DNA of 64,000 nucleotides, taken from the IMG/VR virus record IMGVR_UViG_3300029258_005088; one strand, written 5' to 3'. The DNA comes from a virus. Shown here one piece after another: positions 1-9,093 of this stretch. Numbering within the stretch: position 1 is the first letter of the stretch; every line of letters starts with the position of its first letter. The notes beneath the pieces are model-generated. The model had not been told where the DNA came from. It saw only the letters and a program-made list of their open reading frames with translations, and made no database searches. The position numbers and the translations under genes were made by a program.

Positions 1-447
1 TCCGTAGAAAATCGCCGCAGGCTCCGCGTGAGAATCGCTCTCGAAGTACGCCAGTACGAGCTCCTGGTCGATGCACGACTTGATCTCGATCTCGAAGTCC
101 TCAAGACGTTTGATCGGGACTTCGGCATGGAAAGCGTCCAGAGCCTCGTCCTCTGTGTAATGGTCTCCTAGCCACAGCGGTGGCCGGTCCCTGTACATCT
201 CGAGATCAGCCGGATGCAACTTATCGTACTCCTTGTTCGGCTTCATGGAGACTCTCCATTGGATCTTCAGATCGGGGAGATCGGTCTTGTCATCCTCCCA
301 TTCTTTTGCTTTATTCTCAGCCTCTTCGGCTATACTCTCGAGAGAGCTCTGCAAGGCATCCTCGTGAGAACACCCAGCCCCGCTTCTGGCGTCGTCTGCC
401 AGTTCCCGAAGAAACTCTACGACCGCCTTAACTGTCAGTCTGCTCAT
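1..447 (-). CDS. hypothetical protein, truncated by window start
   Basis: Own translation from ATG 447 (MSRLTVKAVVEFLRELADD...), open to base 1; ATGA overlap with neighbour; not in the ORF track. Confidence 0.75.
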   Translation of the reverse strand, partial: MSRLTVKAVVEFLRELADDARSGAGCSHEDALQSSLESIAEEAENKAKEWEDDKTDLPDLKIQWRVSMKPNKEYDKLHPADLEMYRDRPPLWLGDHYTEDEALDAFHAEVPIKRLEDFEIEIKSCIDQELVLAYFESDSHAEPAAIFYG

Positions 448-812
448 GGTGTAGGTACCTCGAATTCCTCTGGTCCTACGAGGCAATAGTCGTAGTACCA
501 TTCGTCTTCCAGTGGGATCCAGAAGTCTGTTAGCTTGATCTCGACGCTTGTCAGACCACGCTGCCCGAACTGATGGTGTAGCTCGGCGTTGTCCATGTGG
601 TTGGCCAGATCTCCGATGTCGAAGCCTCCGATATCGAGCAGCGCCTTCCTGGCGGCCTCGTTCTCGAAACAGAACGCACTGGCCGCATCCGCGATTATGT
701 CACGGATCTCGTACCTGCTCAGCTTCTTGTCCGAGAAACCGGTGACCTCCGCGAATCTCACGGATCCATCGTCCTCGGTGTCTCTCTGAACGTATTCTCT
801 GAATTGGTTCAT
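444..812 (-). CDS. hypothetical protein
   Basis: Track ORF 444-938 trimmed to MNQFREY start (ATGA overlap). Confidence 0.7.
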   Translation of the reverse strand: MNQFREYVQRDTEDDGSVRFAEVTGFSDKKLSRYEIRDIIADAASAFCFENEAARKALLDIGGFDIGDLANHMDNAELHHQFGQRGLTSVEIKLTDFWIPLEDEWYYDYCLVGPEEFEVPTP

Positions 813-1222
813 TCGTCTTCCTTCACGGAGACAGGCAACATGGACCGTAGCCTGTCTCGCTTGTCTCTGTATGGTTGTTGATCCTGCTTGTAGCCGCTGT
901 TGGCTTCTATGCAGTTGCTCCAGTCTTCGTCTGCCCATTGAAGGGCTTCCTCGAGAGTCTCCCTGGCCGTCTTCGCGTCCATCTCGTCGGGGATCTGGAA
1001 TGTGAACGTCACGGTCTTGCCCGTGGTTACGACGGGACTCAGCACCAGGTTCAGGAACAGATCGGGATCGAGGCCTTCGCCTTCGATAAGCTCTTCCATG
1101 TCTCCGTACAGAGAATCACCCATCTCTCCGTTGGAGAGGTCGACGACCCGGAAGCCCTCGGACATATGGGTGCTCTCTTTCACGGCTACGTGCACGTCGC
1201 CTGCTATGGTCCAGCACTTCAT
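809..1222 (-). CDS. hypothetical protein
   Basis: SD AGGAG; coupled to both neighbours. Confidence 0.75.
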   Translation of the reverse strand: MKCWTIAGDVHVAVKESTHMSEGFRVVDLSNGEMGDSLYGDMEELIEGEGLDPDLFLNLVLSPVVTTGKTVTFTFQIPDEMDAKTARETLEEALQWADEDWSNCIEANSGYKQDQQPYRDKRDRLRSMLPVSVKEDE

Positions 1223-1560
1223 CGGTGGTGTCTCCTGTCCTTCTTGGAGCGGCCACGGTCACGCCATGGCTGGTCCTGTTTCTTCTGTTCCTTGATGAAC
1301 GCCTCTTCACCACGTAGCTTGGCCTCCGCTATGGAGTCTTCGTGGATGCTCTTCAAGTTCATGACCTGCGGCTCCTGCTCGATCAGCTGCTCTCCGCTTG
1401 CGACGATCGCACGGCAGCTCATGCCGGCTTCCTCGATCTTACGCTGAAGCTTGATGGCATCGAGATTGCCCTCGCATACCACGAGGACCATCTCCTGATC
1501 CGGATCGTTCAGCATAGCCTCGAGCATCTTGTTCACTTCGAAATTGCTCTCAGCCATCAT
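1219..1560 (-). CDS. hypothetical protein
   Basis: SD GGAGG; coupled. Confidence 0.75.
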   Translation of the reverse strand: MMAESNFEVNKMLEAMLNDPDQEMVLVVCEGNLDAIKLQRKIEEAGMSCRAIVASGEQLIEQEPQVMNLKSIHEDSIAEAKLRGEEAFIKEQKKQDQPWRDRGRSKKDRRHHR

Positions 1561-1831
1561 AGGCCTCCAGCCATTCCTTCTCTACCTGGGTCCAGTCCGT
1601 TGGACGGAACTCGCCTTCGACGTCCCCGAACCTGAAGTTGGGGATCGGAATGGGATCGCACCCCCAGCAGTTCTTGTGCTCGAGGTACTCGATCACCGCG
1701 CCAACGGGCAAAGGCTCGCGCTTGTCCGTCCAGGTATTGGGGGCGATGCTTACGGTGTTGGTCAGGAAAGCTCCCGCCTTCAGCACCCTGTACTCCCTGC
1801 CCTTTACCAGTTCTACGTGCTTGTCACTCAT
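1550..1831 (-). CDS. hypothetical protein
   Basis: Start trimmed to MSDKHV (SD AGGAG). Confidence 0.7.
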   Translation of the reverse strand: MSDKHVELVKGREYRVLKAGAFLTNTVSIAPNTWTDKREPLPVGAVIEYLEHKNCWGCDPIPIPNFRFGDVEGEFRPTDWTQVEKEWLEAYDG

Positions 1832-1842
1832 GTATAACTCCT

Positions 1843-2172
1843 CTACGACTCCCAGATGATGTCGTATTCCTTTACTATCTCGTCCATGTCTCTGTCGACG
1901 AAGCCGTACCACTTCTTGGCCTCTTCTTCATCGGTGAACATATGATCGTAACTGATGTTGAAGCCGCACTCTCCGAAGTCCGTGATCTCGTGGGGAAACC
2001 CGGTCATCTCTCGGAGCCTGGCCGCTACGGCCTCGGTCGCCTTCTTCATCTTCTCCAGTATCTCCGGAGGCTGTTCCCTGTCGGTATGCCACAGATGGGT
2101 AAACACGGAGATGTTCTCCTCGTAATCCCACATCATGATGGTCTCGTCGGTGTAGTCTTCAGCCTTTGGCAT
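1843..2172 (-). CDS. hypothetical acidic protein
   Basis: Minus-strand ORF in the gene array. Confidence 0.7.
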   Translation of the reverse strand: MPKAEDYTDETIMMWDYEENISVFTHLWHTDREQPPEILEKMKKATEAVAARLREMTGFPHEITDFGECGFNISYDHMFTDEEEAKKWYGFVDRDMDEIVKEYDIIWES

Positions 2173-2350
2173 CAGCTTTCTCCAGCCTGTTCAGCAACCA
2201 GGTATGCTCCTGGATGCTTACCTTGACGGTCTTCTGCAGACCTGTCACGAACGTCACCAACACTTCGATGAAATCACCATCAGTGGATTTCGTGGTTATG
2301 TACATGACATGGTCCGGATTCGCGTACAGGTCTTCTCTTATCTTCAGCAT
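2159..2350 (-). CDS. small hypothetical protein
   Basis: SD AGGAG; overlaps neighbours. Confidence 0.7.
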   Translation of the reverse strand: MLKIREDLYANPDHVMYITTKSTDGDFIEVLVTFVTGLQKTVKVSIQEHTWLLNRLEKADAKG

Positions 2351-2955
2351 TTGCTCTCCTTCTGGAGTTTTATGTGTTTCTTGATCACCTCGCAGATCTC
2401 GTCGCGTAGCTCGTGGGTATCAACGAGGACGTCGTCCAGGAACATGCGGTAGAACTCGGACTTCTCGAAGTCCTCATCCTCTACCTCGTCCACCAACACC
2501 TCGAACTCGATCTCTCCGTCTGCATGCTCCATGTGCTCCAGCTCGCAGTGCAACTTGCTCCTGTTGAAGAGCTCGTAGGCATGCTGCTCGTAGATGGAGA
2601 CCGTCTTCCTGACGGCGTCCTCCTGGGAGTCCGCTTCGATGGGCTTGAGCCGGATCATGGCCTTAGCCTTGATCAGCGTCGAGTACTTGGTCTTCGGATG
2701 TACGATCTCCAGAGGCTTGTCGCCGAGAAGACGTGTCTGGCCGCCCATGGGTTCGCACCCGAACTTGTTACCGAAGAACTCCAGTTCCGCTTCCGATACT
2801 GTCATCAGTACCTGCTTCTCCGTAGCATCCTGGCAAAAGAGATGCGTGGTTGATCCGAAGTAGTTGTTCGGGTGTTCCAGCGATCGGAACACCGGTCTGT
2901 TGAACGAGTCGATTCCGAAGAACCTCACCTGTTCCGTAGGTCGTTCCTCAGGCAT
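2344..2955 (-). CDS. hypothetical phage protein
   Basis: SD AAAGGAG; N-terminal FFGIDSFNRPVF...EPMGG segment recalls small phage proteins. Confidence 0.75.
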   Translation of the reverse strand: MPEERPTEQVRFFGIDSFNRPVFRSLEHPNNYFGSTTHLFCQDATEKQVLMTVSEAELEFFGNKFGCEPMGGQTRLLGDKPLEIVHPKTKYSTLIKAKAMIRLKPIEADSQEDAVRKTVSIYEQHAYELFNRSKLHCELEHMEHADGEIEFEVLVDEVEDEDFEKSEFYRMFLDDVLVDTHELRDEICEVIKKHIKLQKESKC

Positions 2956-3214
2956 TGCAGTCTCCTTTCTTGTAGTTCAGGCTCGAGCACTTCAAACCAT
3001 CGTCCAGATACCCGTCGATGAGCTTCTTGACTTCGACCATGGAAGTCACGGAGCATTCATTGGCGCCGTCTTCGTATGCGTCCTGGTTGGCATACAGCAG
3101 ATAGACCATGCCCGGGGACAATGGCCAGTGCTCCTGAGTGATGATCCAACCACGGTAGTCCCATACCCTGATGGGCTTGCCGGCCTTTGTCTTGCGTCTC
3201 TTCGGCCTGCTCAT
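2948..3214 (-). CDS. hypothetical protein
   Basis: Coupled minus-strand ORF. Confidence 0.7.
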   Translation of the reverse strand: MSRPKRRKTKAGKPIRVWDYRGWIITQEHWPLSPGMVYLLYANQDAYEDGANECSVTSMVEVKKLIDGYLDDGLKCSSLNYKKGDCNA

Positions 3215-3489
3215 CGTGCGCCCACTCCGTTGAATACACCCTCGCCGGGATCGTTCTCGGGCTCCACGCCCAGCTTTCTCAGACGCTCGTCGTAGCGTTC
3301 CACGGCCAGTCCGTTGTCATGTGCCTTTCCATGGCCTCCGCAGGATGCCTGCGTGTGCCTGGCGTTCTTTCTGCATTCCTTCAGGAGATTGATCTCCAAC
3401 TCCTTCAGATCCTTTCCGGTGGCAACGATCTCTCCGAAGCTCACGGCTACGAGCATGCTTTCCACCTGGACTCCATACAGCTCTAACAT
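3211..3489 (-). CDS. hypothetical protein
   Basis: SD AAAGGAG directly after the terminator at 3508-3537. Confidence 0.7.
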   Translation of the reverse strand: MLELYGVQVESMLVAVSFGEIVATGKDLKELEINLLKECRKNARHTQASCGGHGKAHDNGLAVERYDERLRKLGVEPENDPGEGVFNGVGAR

Positions 3490-3507
3490 TGTTTCTCCTT
3501 TAAAATG

Positions 3508-3537
3508 AAAAAGCCGGCCACCTAAATGGTGACCGGC
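3508..3537 (-). terminator. intrinsic terminator
   Basis: Minus-strand RNA GCCGGUCACC-AUUUA-GGUGGCCGGC followed by U5. Confidence 0.85.
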
Positions 3538-3555
3538 CCGGGATGGGGGGAGATG

Positions 3556-3584
3556 ATTCTATTCAGCGACCTTGGCCATGACGA
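3556..3584 (-). promoter_or_regulatory. possible sigma70 promoter
   Basis: TCGTCA-17 bp-TAGAAT; overlaps the upstream stop codon; -35 matches 4 of 6. Confidence 0.4.
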
Positions 3585-3789
3585 TCCAGTTCGTACAGCC
3601 CTTGGTAGGGCATTCCACCCCCAGACACAGTACGCTGTTCTCGGCTCTGGCCGCTCTCATTAGAAGCGTGTGCTTCCTCTTGGTTTCCACCTCGCAACCA
3701 CAGATGGTGCAGGCGCCTTTCAATACGTCTTCTTCCGACAACGAGCCGGGCTTGGTCACGTTGATGGCGGGTTTCGGGATCTTGGCCAT
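3559..3789 (-). CDS. small zinc-ribbon-like protein
   Basis: CTICGC and CPTKGC motifs; SD GGAGG. Confidence 0.75.
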   Translation of the reverse strand: MAKIPKPAINVTKPGSLSEEDVLKGACTICGCEVETKRKHTLLMRAARAENSVLCLGVECPTKGCTNWIVMAKVAE

Positions 3790-3815
3790 TGTATTCCTCC
3801 AAGTTGGTTTCCAAT

Positions 3816-3844
3816 AGTATAGCTCCGATCGCAGACTCGTGCCA
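3816..3844 (-). promoter_or_regulatory. possible promoter
   Basis: -10 TATACT in intergenic DNA; poor -35 (TGGCAC) at 17 bp. Confidence 0.3.
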
Positions 3845-3847
3845 GTC

Positions 3848-4264
3848 CTAGTACTCGGGCCTGCTGTCCGGAATGATCCCCAGCTCCTTCTCGCACTTCT
3901 TCTCGAACTCGTCGAGATTCATCCAGCATTCCTTGCCGTTGTGATCCACTGCCTCGGTGTAGCCCACCAGATATTTCATCTTCTCGTAGCCTATCGAACG
4001 CCACACGAAGATGTTGCCTTCCTCTTCCTTGAGGTGCTTGGAGATCATCTGGAGGAAATCGATCTCCTCCTCGAACTCCTCTCCATCGTCCATGCGATCC
4101 GGAAGGCATCCATTCTGGCCCTCGTCCAGGATGCAGAACGTGTTCTCGTCCTCGTTCACGGCCAGGAGCTTGAGCTCCGTAAACCGGGCGATGAACTTCT
4201 CGAACTCCTCGGCGTCCTTTACGTCGAAATGATTTGATCGGCCGAAGCCTACGTACGTTCCCAT
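3848..4264 (-). CDS. hypothetical phage protein
   Basis: MGTYVGFGRSNHFDVKD start recalls a small phage protein family; SD GGAG. Confidence 0.8.
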   Translation of the reverse strand: MGTYVGFGRSNHFDVKDAEEFEKFIARFTELKLLAVNEDENTFCILDEGQNGCLPDRMDDGEEFEEEIDFLQMISKHLKEEEGNIFVWRSIGYEKMKYLVGYTEAVDHNGKECWMNLDEFEKKCEKELGIIPDSRPEY

Positions 4265-4265
4265 A

Positions 4266-4625
4266 TTAGTCTCCTCCGTAAAATTCCAACAGGCCTACAC
4301 AAGATGCGTGACAACGACCACTGCAGAAGACGTGGTGACCATCCATGTGGGCGTCCTCTTCCTTCAGCTCCTTGCCGCACTCCTCGCACTGGACCATGCC
4401 GTCGTATTCCTCGTAGTCGGCGCCGACGCCCTCGGTGGGGAACTGGGTGACGGTCGGATCCACGATCGTTCCGTCTTCCTTGACGCACCACCAGTGCTGT
4501 TGCCGGCCCCACATCGGGCACCAGTACCAGCCCCGGACGAGACGCAGGGTGGGATCCTTCTCGATCTCCTTCTCCGCGTACTCCTTGCACTTGCCCCGGT
4601 ACAGGGCGTATCCTTCGTCACTCAT
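4266..4625 (-). CDS. Cys/His-rich hypothetical protein
   Basis: HWWC..EDGTIVDPT segment, then CEECG and FCSGRC zinc-finger-like motifs. Confidence 0.8.
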   Translation of the reverse strand: MSDEGYALYRGKCKEYAEKEIEKDPTLRLVRGWYWCPMWGRQQHWWCVKEDGTIVDPTVTQFPTEGVGADYEEYDGMVQCEECGKELKEEDAHMDGHHVFCSGRCHASCVGLLEFYGGD

Positions 4626-4854
4626 CGTCTTTCTCCGGGTCTTTGCCGAAGAGGGCCTTCAGTGCCACCATTCCTTTCTCGTGAGGAGGCGGTTCGTCGA
4701 TGACGATCTCCAGCCACGCCCACGAAGGAAACGGCTCTCGACCTTTCTTGAGCATGCCTGGGTTTACGTGCTTGTCCACGTATTCCCTGATGGCCACGCT
4801 TACTTCCGCATTGCTTAGCCTAAGGACTTTTCCTTCCTTTTCTCCATCAAGCAT
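4618..4854 (-). CDS. hypothetical protein
   Basis: Start trimmed to MLDGEKEG. Confidence 0.6.
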   Translation of the reverse strand: MLDGEKEGKVLRLSNAEVSVAIREYVDKHVNPGMLKKGREPFPSWAWLEIVIDEPPPHEKGMVALKALFGKDPEKDDE

Positions 4855-5077
4855 CGTCTGTTCCCTTCTCCTGGTTTTTTCTCTTTCTTCGTCTCTCGTT
4901 CTTGGCTGCCTTTCGAATCCGGGCAGTAAGGTATTCAACGAAACAGCCTCTGCAAGTACACTGGCCAGGTTGATACAGGTCACTGCAACAGTGTCCGAAC
5001 AAGCCAAGAGTCGTTGCGAGCTCTTCCGCTATATCCAGTATTGTCTCCGTTTCTTCGTGGCTTGCCTCGTCACTCAT
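4847..5077 (-). CDS. small Cys-rich protein
   Basis: HCC...CTCRGC; coupled. Confidence 0.7.
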   Translation of the reverse strand: MSDEASHEETETILDIAEELATTLGLFGHCCSDLYQPGQCTCRGCFVEYLTARIRKAAKNERRRKRKNQEKGTDDA

Positions 5078-5517
5078 GCCTTTCTCCCGATTACGGCAAA
5101 ACCCCTGAGAGTGGAGGTCATCGCCACGATTATCGTCGAGTCCGAGGGAACGGATCTCTGCAGGTTCTCACACATCGCTCTAAGGCTCTGTTCGGGAATC
5201 CACACCATTGGCAGCCAGAAACGCATGTCGTCTTCACTTGCCCATGCCATGCCTGCTATGACCTTGTCATCAGGTGCCAGGTCCATTACGAGTCCTCTGT
5301 CCACGCTTCCCACTCTGTCGGACAACTGAAAGTCCTCGTACATCGTGACGTGTATGGGAGCCTTCTCCGGTGGATCCTCGAGAAGGACCTTGTCGCCTCC
5401 GTTCAGCAGCCTGCTTATCGGACCGTCCTCCGGCCGAGTGAGCCGGTGCATCAACTCGACGTCCGCACCTACCTTCTTCGGATGTTCTCGCCTGTCGTCT
5501 AGCTTGTCATACCACAC
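5074..5517 (-). CDS. hypothetical protein
   Basis: Coupled minus-strand ORF. Confidence 0.7.
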   Translation of the reverse strand: MWYDKLDDRREHPKKVGADVELMHRLTRPEDGPISRLLNGGDKVLLEDPPEKAPIHVTMYEDFQLSDRVGSVDRGLVMDLAPDDKVIAGMAWASEDDMRFWLPMVWIPEQSLRAMCENLQRSVPSDSTIIVAMTSTLRGFAVIGRKA

Positions 5518-5983
5518 GATGCTGCTCCTTGTCTATGGCGTGCCTGATCATGGCGTCCTTGGCGATAATGAAGAGATCGTTGCAAAACTGCTGGAACGAG
5601 TCGTCGATAAGTCCGTCCTCCATATCGTCGGGATCCTTTATCGTGACTTCGCTGAGGGTGTGTCCACTCTCGATGTCGCGGATATAGATCCAGAGACCCG
5701 CATCGATCAGCTCCATGTGGAGTATGGTGCCTCCCTCGATGGTGGCACTGAGCTGACAGACGGCGTTGTAGTGGAAATCGGTTTCCAGGTCCACGGGGTT
5801 GTCGAAGAACAGTCCGTATTCCCTCGCGAGTATGTCTTGAATTCTCGACGCTATCTCCTTCAGCTCTAGGATACGGCCTTTCAAGGCAATCTCCTTGGTC
5901 ACTTCGGAGATCAAGGCTTCCCGCAGAGGAGCGAACATCCTCGTCAGCGTCGTGTCGTATTTTCCTTCTTCATTTTTGTTCAT
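5507..5983 (-). CDS. hypothetical protein
   Basis: Start trimmed to MNKNEEG (overlaps upstream stop). Confidence 0.7.
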   Translation of the reverse strand: MNKNEEGKYDTTLTRMFAPLREALISEVTKEIALKGRILELKEIASRIQDILAREYGLFFDNPVDLETDFHYNAVCQLSATIEGGTILHMELIDAGLWIYIRDIESGHTLSEVTIKDPDDMEDGLIDDSFQQFCNDLFIIAKDAMIRHAIDKEQHRVV

Positions 5984-6171
5984 AAAGCATCCACTCTTGC
6001 TATGTGGTATCCCATCTGGGTGGCGAGTCTCAGTGCCTCGTTTCTCGTACGCCGGTAGCGCCATGCGGCGTTGTCGGGCTTGGTGCCGACCGGCTCGATC
6101 TTCCACTCGTTGGGATAGCACGGGGTTTTGATTATCTCTACGACAACCTGTTGATTACGTTCCTGGTTCAT
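5980..6171 (-). CDS. small hypothetical protein
   Basis: SD GGAAGG; coupled. Confidence 0.65.
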   Translation of the reverse strand: MNQERNQQVVVEIIKTPCYPNEWKIEPVGTKPDNAAWRYRRTRNEALRLATQMGYHIARVDAL

Positions 6172-6601
6172 AACCTTCCATTATCCTCTTCTGTCTTTTC
6201 ACGTACCACTTCCAGCACCTATCCAATAGATCTCGTCCTCTCGGGCGTATCGTGAACCATCCGGGCATGTTCCTTTCGGTCCATTCCGTGACCAAGTCCT
6301 TCCTGGCCAGTGCTCTGCCGGCGTTCAGCCAGTGTATCTTGTTCTTTCCGCAGAGTTTCTCCGAACTGGTGACGAACAGGTGGCGCAGCAGGATATACTG
6401 CAGGATGGGTAGTCCCGACATCCTGAGTACCTCCCGCTTCACACCGGACAACAGACCGCTATGGGGGAGAACCTCTCCCTTTCCGGGAAGGACTCTCAGC
6501 TGGATGATCGCATAACCTCTTCCATAGAGATGTTCCGCGGTTTCCACTACGTGATCGTCACGGACTCCCGCGTATATGTGCATGTTGTCACGCTTGACCA
6601 T
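6155..6601 (-). CDS. hypothetical protein, possible C-terminal winged helix
   Basis: Start trimmed to MVKRDN; ALARKDLV...FTIRPRGRDLL resembles a wHTH wing. Confidence 0.6.
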   Translation of the reverse strand: MVKRDNMHIYAGVRDDHVVETAEHLYGRGYAIIQLRVLPGKGEVLPHSGLLSGVKREVLRMSGLPILQYILLRHLFVTSSEKLCGKNKIHWLNAGRALARKDLVTEWTERNMPGWFTIRPRGRDLLDRCWKWYVKRQKRIMEGYEPGT

Positions 6602-6831
6602 CAGACGTCCTCCGAATCTGGAGATACACTGGTGCCGCACTTGAAGCAGCTGTCGTAGTAGGGCTTGTCGTTCCCGTCAACGCCATCCGGCTGATATGCA
6701 CTGTAGGAGTACAGCGCGAACGTCTCTCCGCATCTCCTGCAGTAAACTCCGGGGAAGTTCTGGAATGGGGAGCCGTCCTTCGGCATGGGCTTTATGGAAT
6801 GGTACGTCTTCTCGTCGATAGGTCCTCTCAC
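6601..6831 (-). CDS. small zinc-ribbon protein
   Basis: GTG start overlapping upstream TGA; CRRCG and CFKCG. Confidence 0.7.
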   Translation of the reverse strand: MRGPIDEKTYHSIKPMPKDGSPFQNFPGVYCRRCGETFALYSYSAYQPDGVDGNDKPYYDSCFKCGTSVSPDSEDV

Positions 6832-7610
6832 GACTTCTCCTTGCCCTTTCCCCGCATGTGCTCCAGCAGCTTCTCGAGGATGTAGTCCCCGGCCGCCTGC
6901 TCGCATTCCGCGGTACATACCAACACGGTATCGTACTTGCAGGTGACGATGCCGTGGGCATGGCTGTGGGCGAACTCTCCGATGGTCTCCGGCTCCACCT
7001 GGTCGCCTTCCGCATCCCTGCAGATCTGGTCGTAGTCCTTCAGGAGCTCGTCGTAGTCCAGCGCGTTGAGCTCGAACTTCATATCCGTGGTCAACGGATC
7101 CATGACGTGCTTGATCCTGTCCAGTACGGACTCCCACTCCTGTCTCCACGACACGCCGTGGTGATAGTCCTGGGTGTCGATCATGGCGTCGGCATTGGCG
7201 GCCACCTTCAGGAAGTCCTCGAGGATCTCCCTCTCGATGCTGACGTATGCTTCCTTCACTTCGTGATCCTCCAACATGTCCTTCTGGGCCTCTCGCAGGG
7301 GATGCGTCGGAACGTCGCCCTTGTTGAGATCCTCGAGAACCTTGTTGTTCGCCTGCAGCTCCTTCACCCGGTTGTCCAACAGGATGATCTTGTGCTGGAG
7401 GTTGGCGATGCAGACGTCCGGGGTATGAGGCAGGGGCCTGCCGCATTTGGTACATACTGAATACGCGTGTTCACTTTTCACGGACTCGTGCGGCGTCTTC
7501 CGGTTGCATTCGGGACAGTAGACGGCAACTCCCATGAGGACTTTGTCCGGTGTTCCCTTGTAGTGGTTTGGTCCGGACTCGTGTCCGCAATCCAGGCATT
7601 TTATCTTCAT
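6828..7610 (-). CDS. protein with N-terminal CxxC motifs and coiled coil
   Basis: CLDCG, CPECN, CTKCG, followed by a heptad region. Confidence 0.8.
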   Translation of the reverse strand: MKIKCLDCGHESGPNHYKGTPDKVLMGVAVYCPECNRKTPHESVKSEHAYSVCTKCGRPLPHTPDVCIANLQHKIILLDNRVKELQANNKVLEDLNKGDVPTHPLREAQKDMLEDHEVKEAYVSIEREILEDFLKVAANADAMIDTQDYHHGVSWRQEWESVLDRIKHVMDPLTTDMKFELNALDYDELLKDYDQICRDAEGDQVEPETIGEFAHSHAHGIVTCKYDTVLVCTAECEQAAGDYILEKLLEHMRGKGKEKS

Positions 7611-7774
7611 CAGTGTATCTCCACGAGTTCGACGTTCGTGATCATAGGCATCTCCATCATGATGGTCTCCGCCATGTCCACGGCTTCGTCGTAGTCATCT
7701 TCCATAAGCTCTTCCAGCCTCTTCTTCTGAGAGTCCGTCAGCTCCATTTCCACTCTAAGTCTGGTTTCGCTCAT
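7610..7774 (-). CDS. small acidic protein
   Basis: Start trimmed to MSETRLR. Confidence 0.65.
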   Translation of the reverse strand: MSETRLRVEMELTDSQKKRLEELMEDDYDEAVDMAETIMMEMPMITNVELVEIH

Positions 7775-7920
7775 TTGCTCTTTCCTTGTTGTAGGGCGTA
7801 GATCAGGTGCAGGGGCACCGTCACGAACAAGGCCGGGAAGAAGAACAGCAGGGCGCACCCGTGAAGGGCCACCCAGATGCATCCCACGCAGCCTTCGCTA
7901 AGTTGTCCGTCGTCGCTCAC
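7771..7920 (-). CDS. 49-aa membrane protein, not in track
   Basis: MSDDGQLSEGCVGCIWVALHGCALLFFFPALFVTVPLHLIYALQQGKSK; fills the gap exactly, with overlaps at both ends. Confidence 0.65.
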   Translation of the reverse strand: MSDDGQLSEGCVGCIWVALHGCALLFFFPALFVTVPLHLIYALQQGKSK

Positions 7921-8720
7921 TTCATGTCCTCCTTCTTGAACTCCAGCCTGGCCGGGGTGTACACGGCGTCCACGATACGGAAGGTCTCATCCGGGCAGCT
8001 CTCGACGAGGGCCTCCGCATGGTGCTTGACTTCAAGCCCTGTATGACACACCCCCGATCCCATGGAACATGGAGCGATCTGCTTGGACTCGTTCAGGAAC
8101 ACCTGGACCTTCAACGGCGTGAAGTCGTCGGTGAGGTAGTCCTCGTTGTCTCCGCGAACGATCAAGCCCTTCACCACTGTGTCGGACTCCGGAGGTTCGG
8201 TGGCTTCGTGGAATTCGCACAGGTCTCCGCCCTCTACGGAGGAGCAGTGGCAGTCCTCGAAGGAACACTCCTCGAACAGTTCCTTCACTGCGATGGGTCC
8301 GTGGATACGAAGAGTCTCGCCATCGTCCATATTCAGGGGGATGCCAAGCTCTTTGGCGATGATCTTCGGATCCGCTCCGGACTCGTCCGCTCTCGGACTG
8401 GTGAACAAGTAGAGGTTCTGATCGAGATCTCCGTTGAAGACGTACTCCACCACATAGGTGTGTTCCCGGCTCTCACGCGTACGCGCCCGTGTGCGCGAGT
8501 CGGTGTGTCCTTCTGTAAGACTCCCGATCTCGGTGTCAACCTTGGGAGACAATACCTTGAGAGTCTCATCGTCGTCCATCTTCATCACCGCTTTTATCGT
8601 GTACAGGGAGTTCCTGCTGGTGCAGTCCACGGCGTAGTCTTTGTCTATCAAGGACTGGATAAACCTGACCCCTTCCTTCTCGTAGATCTTGGATGACATC
8701 TGTATCGTATGTGATTTCAT
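7917..8720 (-). CDS. hypothetical protein
   Basis: 267 aa; central CxxxxC/CxxH cluster; SD GAAGGA. Confidence 0.8.
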   Translation of the reverse strand: MKSHTIQMSSKIYEKEGVRFIQSLIDKDYAVDCTSRNSLYTIKAVMKMDDDETLKVLSPKVDTEIGSLTEGHTDSRTRARTRESREHTYVVEYVFNGDLDQNLYLFTSPRADESGADPKIIAKELGIPLNMDDGETLRIHGPIAVKELFEECSFEDCHCSSVEGGDLCEFHEATEPPESDTVVKGLIVRGDNEDYLTDDFTPLKVQVFLNESKQIAPCSMGSGVCHTGLEVKHHAEALVESCPDETFRIVDAVYTPARLEFKKEDMK

Positions 8721-8723
8721 GTG

Positions 8724-8746
8724 TGTATCCTTCTGTGTTTTATTCC
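8724..8746. repeat. 23-bp direct repeat, copy 1
   Basis: TGTATCCTTCTGTGTTTTATTCC, identical to 9109-9131. Confidence 0.95.
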
Positions 8747-9093
8747 TTCGCGTTTCTTATGAGGCGCTCCAGTGCGGCAACCGCTCGTCTCCGTAGGATC
8801 TCCGACACTTCTTCGCACTCCTCATCGGTCAATACGCGTCCTTCTTCTCTTTCCGGACTCATCGATCGCCATCCCTCCACGGCCTCTTCCCTGGATGGGT
8901 AAAAGCCGCTCTTGTCCGGATTGCGATGTACCCACCGGAGTTCTCTCCTTGGCCTGTTCCTGATTTCTTCGTCGTCCTCGTGATGTATGCGGTAACCGTG
9001 AGTGGTCTCGTGATAAACGAAATGTTCGAAGAGCATGACGCAAGACTTTCCACGGTACTCCGTAGGTAGGTAGCTGTACAGCTTCTTTCTCAC
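8740..9093 (-). CDS. hypothetical protein between the 23-bp repeats
   Basis: GTG start (MRKKLYSY) overlapping upstream TGA, SD GGAG. Confidence 0.7.
   Translation of the reverse strand: MRKKLYSYLPTEYRGKSCVMLFEHFVYHETTHGYRIHHEDDEEIRNRPRRELRWVHRNPDKSGFYPSREEAVEGWRSMSPEREEGRVLTDEECEEVSEILRRRAVAALERLIRNAKE

Noticed and set aside
3830-3845. Sigma54-like TGGCACG...TGC
   Set aside because: GG-to-GC spacing is 9 nt, not the required 10.
8548-8555. Third GTATTGTC copy
   Set aside because: Inside a coding region, with no following hairpin or promoter; probably chance.
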